Assembly (NCBI GenBank): GCA_028534125.1
Contig: CM052823.1
Location: forward strand, 12,028,001-12,092,000
DNA: 64,000 nt
Direction of reading: 5' to 3'
Source: Lama glama
Lineage: Eukaryota
Every line of letters begins with the position of its first letter. The first letter of the stretch is position 1. Both the position numbers and the translations under genes were made by a program. Shown in pieces: positions 58,823 through 64,000 of the stretch. Below the pieces are notes generated by a model, which was given only the letters and a program-made list of their open reading frames with translations, ran no database searches and was not told the origin of the DNA.

Positions 58823-59714
58823 TAGGGTTCCAGCAAAATCTTCCCTTGTTCACCGCTGGGGAGGTCTGCTGGGGGGTACTCAGGGCTCTCACCACAGCCG
58901 AGGGACTTCAGCACAGCCAGGGAGGGTCCCTGAGTGAAGGTCTGGGTGACAGAGGCCTGAGTGTGGCTGTGGCCAGGAGCCTGGGGCCAGGCCACTGGCC
59001 ATGTGCTCTGCCCATCTGACTTTAGGTCCCTTAAATGTCAGGTGAGGAGAACTGACCAGGAGATCTGGAAGACCCTTCCAGCTGTCACATCCTGAGAGCC
59101 GACCCTCTATCCTCATAACCTGGGTATGACTCAAATAATTTGGGAAAAGAGATTTGATGAGAAACCATTTTCTTAACCTTTCTTACCAGTTTTTATTTGC
59201 ATTTGGGGGGTTTTGAAAAGGTGTAAAAATAGTGTAATATGAAATACATATTTTAAATGTCCCTTTTTAATCAGTAAGAGCTGTGCTGATAAATGTGGGA
59301 ATGTTTCTTTTCTCTCAAGGAGAAATGACTTTAAGGTATTTGAAACATTTCTGCTTGGCGATGAAAATTCCATGTCTGATCACTTACAGCAGACAGACGT
59401 GCTCATTTTAAGCATCTCTCCTGAGATGCACTCTGGCCGCGGGGACCTCCCCCGACACCTCTGGCTCTAAGAAGAGGCCTGGTAGTGTGCAAAAGCCTGT
59501 GATTCCAGGATGTCTGGGTGTTTCCCCAGCTGATGCAGCAGACGTGCAGTCATCCTGAATAGTAATCTCAACTCCCGCCCCCTCCATGCACACACACAGG
59601 GTCCCGGGAGCTCTTGATTTTCTCTGTCACTGAGTGAATAATGTGCCCAAGGTAACAAAAGCCATTTTCTCCATTAGAATTAGAGGCACAGTCTTCCTCC
59701 CTCTCCTGGAAATC

Positions 59715-60100
59715 TTCCCTATTATGTTAGAGCTGCTGTNNNNNNNNNNNNNNNNNNNNNNNNNNNNNNNNNNNNNNNNNNNNNNNNNNNNNNNNNNNNN
59801 NNNNNNNNNNNNNNNNNNNNNNNNNNNNNNNNNNNNNNNNNNNNNNNNNNNNNNNNNNNNNNNNNNNNNNNNNNNNNNCTCTCCGTGTGTCCTCACGTGG
59901 TCATCACTCTGTCTGCGCCCACATTTCCTCTTCTGTAAGGATTCCTGTCATGTATTGGATGAAAGCCCATTCTAATGACCTCATTTTACCTTACTTACCT
60001 CTTTGAAGACTGTCTCCAAATGTAGTTGCATCCTGAGATACTAGGGGGTTAGGACATCAGTGTGTGGATTTGCGGGGCTGGGGGTGTAATTCAGCTCGTA
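59715..60100 (-). mobile_element. MLT1B-like MaLR LTR (partly in gap)
   Basis: tgtcctcacgtggtc...atttcctcttctgtaagga...atgacctcattttaccttacttacctctttgaagactgtctccaaa...ctgagatactagggggttaggac. Confidence 0.75.
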
Positions 60101-60169
60101 CGTGGAGTACTGGTTCTGTCTCGGATCAGACTTTACAGATGGTCATAATGTCACTTCTGCTTCTTCCCC

Positions 60170-61980
60170 CCTCTCATATTTTATTATGAAAAACTTCAGG
60201 CATACAGAAAGATTGCAGGAATAGTATAGTGACCTCCTATTTGAATCAGTCATTGTTGGCATGTTATATTTGCTTCATTTTTATGGATAGATTATGTCAA
60301 CCAATTGAAAGAAAGTTGTAGGCGTTATGACGCTTCATCCTTCAAAACATCAGCATGAACCTCTTAGGAATAAAGACTTTCTCCTGTATAACCACAGTGT
60401 TATCACACCAGAGAAAATTTGAAATAATTCCTTATAGCATCTAATATGTTGTTCATATTCAGATTTCTCTATCTGTCCCCCAAAATCATTAAAACCATTT
60501 TTTATAAATGTAATTTTTTAATAAATGTTTTACTTTATTTTTTGACTACTCCTCCAAATCTATCCTATACTGTAGTTCTTTTTTTGCCCCCAAATCTTTT
60601 ATAACGTGTGTGTGTGTGTGTGTGTGTGTTTAAGCCAGGAACTAATAAAAGCACAGGCATTGCAACTGAATTTTTATATCTCTTTAGTCTCTTCAGTCTG
60701 GGAACCATCCTTTTTTCCCTGCCCTTTTTTTTTTTTTTTTTTGAGAAGATCGAGGCCAGTTGTTTTAGAGGATGCCTCACGTTCTCAATTTGGCTGATTG
60801 TTTCTTTGTGATGTTGTTCAGCTTGTCCCTGTGTCCCCTGGAAGTCAGCTCCAAATGCTTGTTTAGGTTCTAGCTTGTTTAAACAGTTGCCAGGTGGTGC
60901 TGGGTGCTTCTTAAACCATCAGAGCTCACCAGGTTGTCCCACCATTAGTGATGCTCAGTTTGAACACCGACCTAAGGTGGTGATGCCAGATCTCCTCCCT
61001 GGATGCTGTGTTTTTTTCACTTTGCAATTAGCCCGTAATCTATGGGGAGATAATTTGTCACCTGTGTGCATATCCATTGATGATTCTTGCCTGAATTATT
61101 TCACTGGGGAGTTGCAAAATGGTGATTTTTTTTCTATTTCTATCATTAGCTGGCATTACCAATGTAATGACCAATGTGTAGAGAAAAGGACTGGTGTAAT
61201 AATCAGCTCTAATGGTGGCAAATAAATCTCTGTGAATACTGCTATGGACTCATAGGTGTTTATTTAGTCAGTGTTTTATAATCAATTACAGATGTTGTTT
61301 TGATCCTTAAATTATCCAAAACTTGGCCAGTAGGGCCTTTCGAGCCGCCTTTTATGTCCTGTGAACAAGCCTCTTCCAGTCTTTGAGTACTTGCTCGCCT
61401 TCTTGCACAGAAACGCCTTAGGCTTATCTTACACTTTCTATTTCCAGATGTGGAATCATCCTTTTCTCCAAAACTCTCTGATTGCATTTGGTGGAGAATG
61501 GTATTTAGAAACTGAATCTGCGTGCTAGGGGTGTTTATTGTGGGTGGGCTGTTATTATTTTTAGGGCTTTCAGTGGATAGAACTAAGGAAAAATAGAATC
61601 ACGACTTTACTGATAATTTCCAAATCACATTTAACATCAGTGGGTTTAAATATTTGATTTTGTATTCATAGCTCTTTGCTTGGCTCCTAATCCTGTTAAT
61701 GCTGTTAACACAAGTACTTTTCGCTTAACTCTACAAGATATATAAAATAGTTTCAAAATTATAGTCTGTTACCATTAATAATATAATTCTGATCAAAATG
61801 TATTATTTCTTTGTAATTTGTGTTGTCCTTAGTATACATTCCAGTTGGATGTACCACCAGGATTGAGTTCAAAAGCCATGGGAAAGAATTCTTTTCCCTT
61901 ACAGGTTACATTGCCAACCTGATCCTCTAGTTAGGTGGTGGTGTTTGCTTTGTAAATGTTATTTTAAATTTATAGTTTGT
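60170..61980 (-). mobile_element. L1MC-like LINE, long fragment
   Basis: tttattatgaaaaacttcaggcatacagaaagattgcaggaatagta...gttgtcccaccattagtgatgct...tggagaatggtatttagaaac. Confidence 0.75.
60607..60629. repeat. (TG)n microsatellite
   Basis: Direct reading. Confidence 0.95.
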
Positions 61981-61984
61981 TCTT

Positions 61985-62730
61985 TTCTTTTAAAAAATCA
62001 ACTTTATTGATAAAGGCAAAACTTAACACGTTTACAGTAAAATGCACCCATCGAGAAAGTATTTTGACTAACACGTATACACCTATGTAACCAGCCACAG
62101 TGGAGATCAGAACGTTTTCATCACCACGAAATGTTTCCTTCTGCCCCTTTGAGTCAACCCACCCTCCCTCCATCCAAACCCTTGTGCAACCACTGAGGAA
62201 CTTTTCTTTTGCAGTAGGATATTTTTTCTTTTTCTAGAATTTCATAGTAATGAAATCATGGAATTGTGTACTTTTACTTCTAGCTTCTTTTATTCAGCAT
62301 AATGTTTTTGAGAATCACATGTGTATGTATCAGTAAGGCGTCCCTTTTTAATGCTGAGTAGTGCTCTGTTTTATGGAGATGCATAATTTGTTTATCCAGT
62401 CACCAGCTGATGGATTTTGGACAGCTTGCGGTTTTTAGGTATTATGAGTAAGCTGCTTTGAACATCTTTGTGTAAGTCTTTGTGTGCACAGAGGCATTCA
62501 TTTCAGTAAGGTAAATATCTAGGGCTGGGGTTGCTGGGTCCCACATAAGTGTACGTTTAATTTTATAAAAAAAAATGCTCAACTGTTTCCCAAGGTTGTG
62601 CTGGTTTACATGCCTCCCACCAATTTCTGAGTGTTTCAGTAGCTTCACATCCTGACCACATTTAGTATTGTTAGTGTTCTTAATTTTGGCAATTTCCATA
62701 TTGCCCTATCTCATGATTTCAATTTGTGGT
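61985..62730 (-). mobile_element. L1MB-like LINE 3' fragment
   Basis: caactttattga...aaaatgcaccca...cagaacgttttcatcacc...ttattcagcataatgtttttgaga...ttgctgggtc...cttcacatcctgaccaca. Confidence 0.8.
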
Positions 62731-64000
62731 GTTCTCCTTTGCATTGAATTATATTTCGAAAAGTAAAATAGCTCTCAGTTCCAAAGTCAGAATTCCATGG
62801 GAAAGTATGTTTCGTGAAGCCTCAAGCTGATTTTTCTCAATCCTGCTATTGAAGGTGTGGTTTAAATGACTGAAGAATCTGTTGAGCATTCATGTCTGTG
62901 TTGGCCCCGGGTCATGAGTCAAAGTGGAAATAGTCCCTACCTTCAGAGAGTTTACGTATTAGCCAGGGGAGACAGACAGTAATCACAGGTAAAATCATAC
63001 ATGGCCTCACAGATACAGGGAAAATCCTCACTTTGCTGTGTGCTTTGTAGGACAGATATGAGGAGAGGCGAGTATGAGGATCTGGATTCCGTCATGGTTT
63101 CCCAAGAAAAAGACGTTGTTTACGTCTCCTGCCCTTAAGACTTGTTGCAAAATTTCTAATGTGCTGTAACTCTGGGACCTGTAGCAACAGGCTCAACCCT
63201 GGGAAAGTAACCAACACCCCACTGTTGGAACCCAGGTCTGTGCAGGACCTGTGATAAGCCTTCACTTGATTATTTGGTTTTAGATGAAGTTGCGTAGGCT
63301 TGTTCCTCACAGAGCCCTGCTTCAAACCGACTTCTGGTGTTTTTAAAAAATATATCGCTGACACCTGGTTTACATGTAGTTTGTCACAAGCCCTTTTTAA
63401 TTTTGTTTTTAACATTGTAGATACCGACACTAGATTTGGGTCATTTCTCAGTGACTAAAGAATGGCAGTCATGTTGTTATTTTTTTTTTTATCATTTCGT
63501 AGGTTTGTTGGAGACCCTGCCCCTACTCCACCCCCCCACCCCAAGAAAGCTCATAGCTTTTAGATCTGAGACGTCGGTTTATGTTTCAGTTTCCTGTAGG
63601 TCACCCTGACCTAGTACAAAATAGCAGTGGTCTTTAGCGGGAGGTTGACTGTTAGGTCTTAAATGCTTAGACATTTTGATTTTGTTATTGTTACAATAAT
63701 TGAATTCATACCATGTAGCTATTGTCTACTCTATAAATTGTTTTAGATAAGATGTAGTTTCAATCTGCTGTGCTAAAACTGGAAACTTCCCTGACGCAGT
63801 TGTCCTATTTGCAATTTTCACGCACGGTTGAAGTGACTCTGAAACATAGTCGAACATTGATGATGCACTTATAAAGGAATTCTGCAGAGAATATTTTTAG
63901 GAACAACATACTTTTCTAATACGGTAATCAAGTTTTCATGTTTGAAAGCTTCCTTCACTTTCTAAGAAGATGAATTCTGCTCTTTCAAGGTTAGGCAATA

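Larger units (their letters stand above)
31792..64000 (+). other. FOXN3: FOXN3 intron downstream of the first coding exon (continues beyond window)
   Basis: No recognisable continuation of the forkhead domain in the remaining sequence; repeat-rich non-coding DNA; the orthologous human intron is tens of kb. Confidence 0.75.

Noticed and set aside
1-64000. CRISPR arrays, operons, rRNA, NUMTs, processed pseudogenes, snoRNA/miRNA genes
   Set aside because: None recognised by eye in this mammalian intronic DNA. An Rfam/BLAST scan would be needed to exclude small RNAs and old pseudogenes.

Overview
Mammalian genomic DNA, most likely from a camelid. This rests on two camelid-type tRNA-derived SINEs and no recognisable Alu, B1, Bov-A/B or CAN-SINE. 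The window covers the 5' end of FOXN3 (CHES1) on the + strand. A CpG-island promoter (~26.6-28.6 kb) holds a non-coding first exon ending at a consensus donor (27777). The first coding exon has its acceptor at 31211 and ATG at 31226, but its forkhead-domain half is hidden in an N gap. The next ~32 kb are the start of the large downstream intron. The rest is ordinary intronic/upstream DNA with ancient repeats (MIR, L2, L1M, MLT1, hAT and Tigger elements), a solo ERV LTR and six assembly gaps. I found no new protein-coding gene and no prokaryote-type system. The best leads are regulatory: (i) an RFX X-box, tandem GACGC (the FOXN alternative motif) and CCAAT module in intron 1; (ii) a triple X-box cluster in intron 2, which with the encoded LxxLxWL motif suggests a FOXN3/RFX feedback loop; (iii) a 13-codon uORF (MPAGRPRKFVGSR) in exon 1. 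Repeat family names and human comparisons come from memory of consensus sequences, not from searches, and repeat boundaries are approximate unless a TSD or TIR is given.
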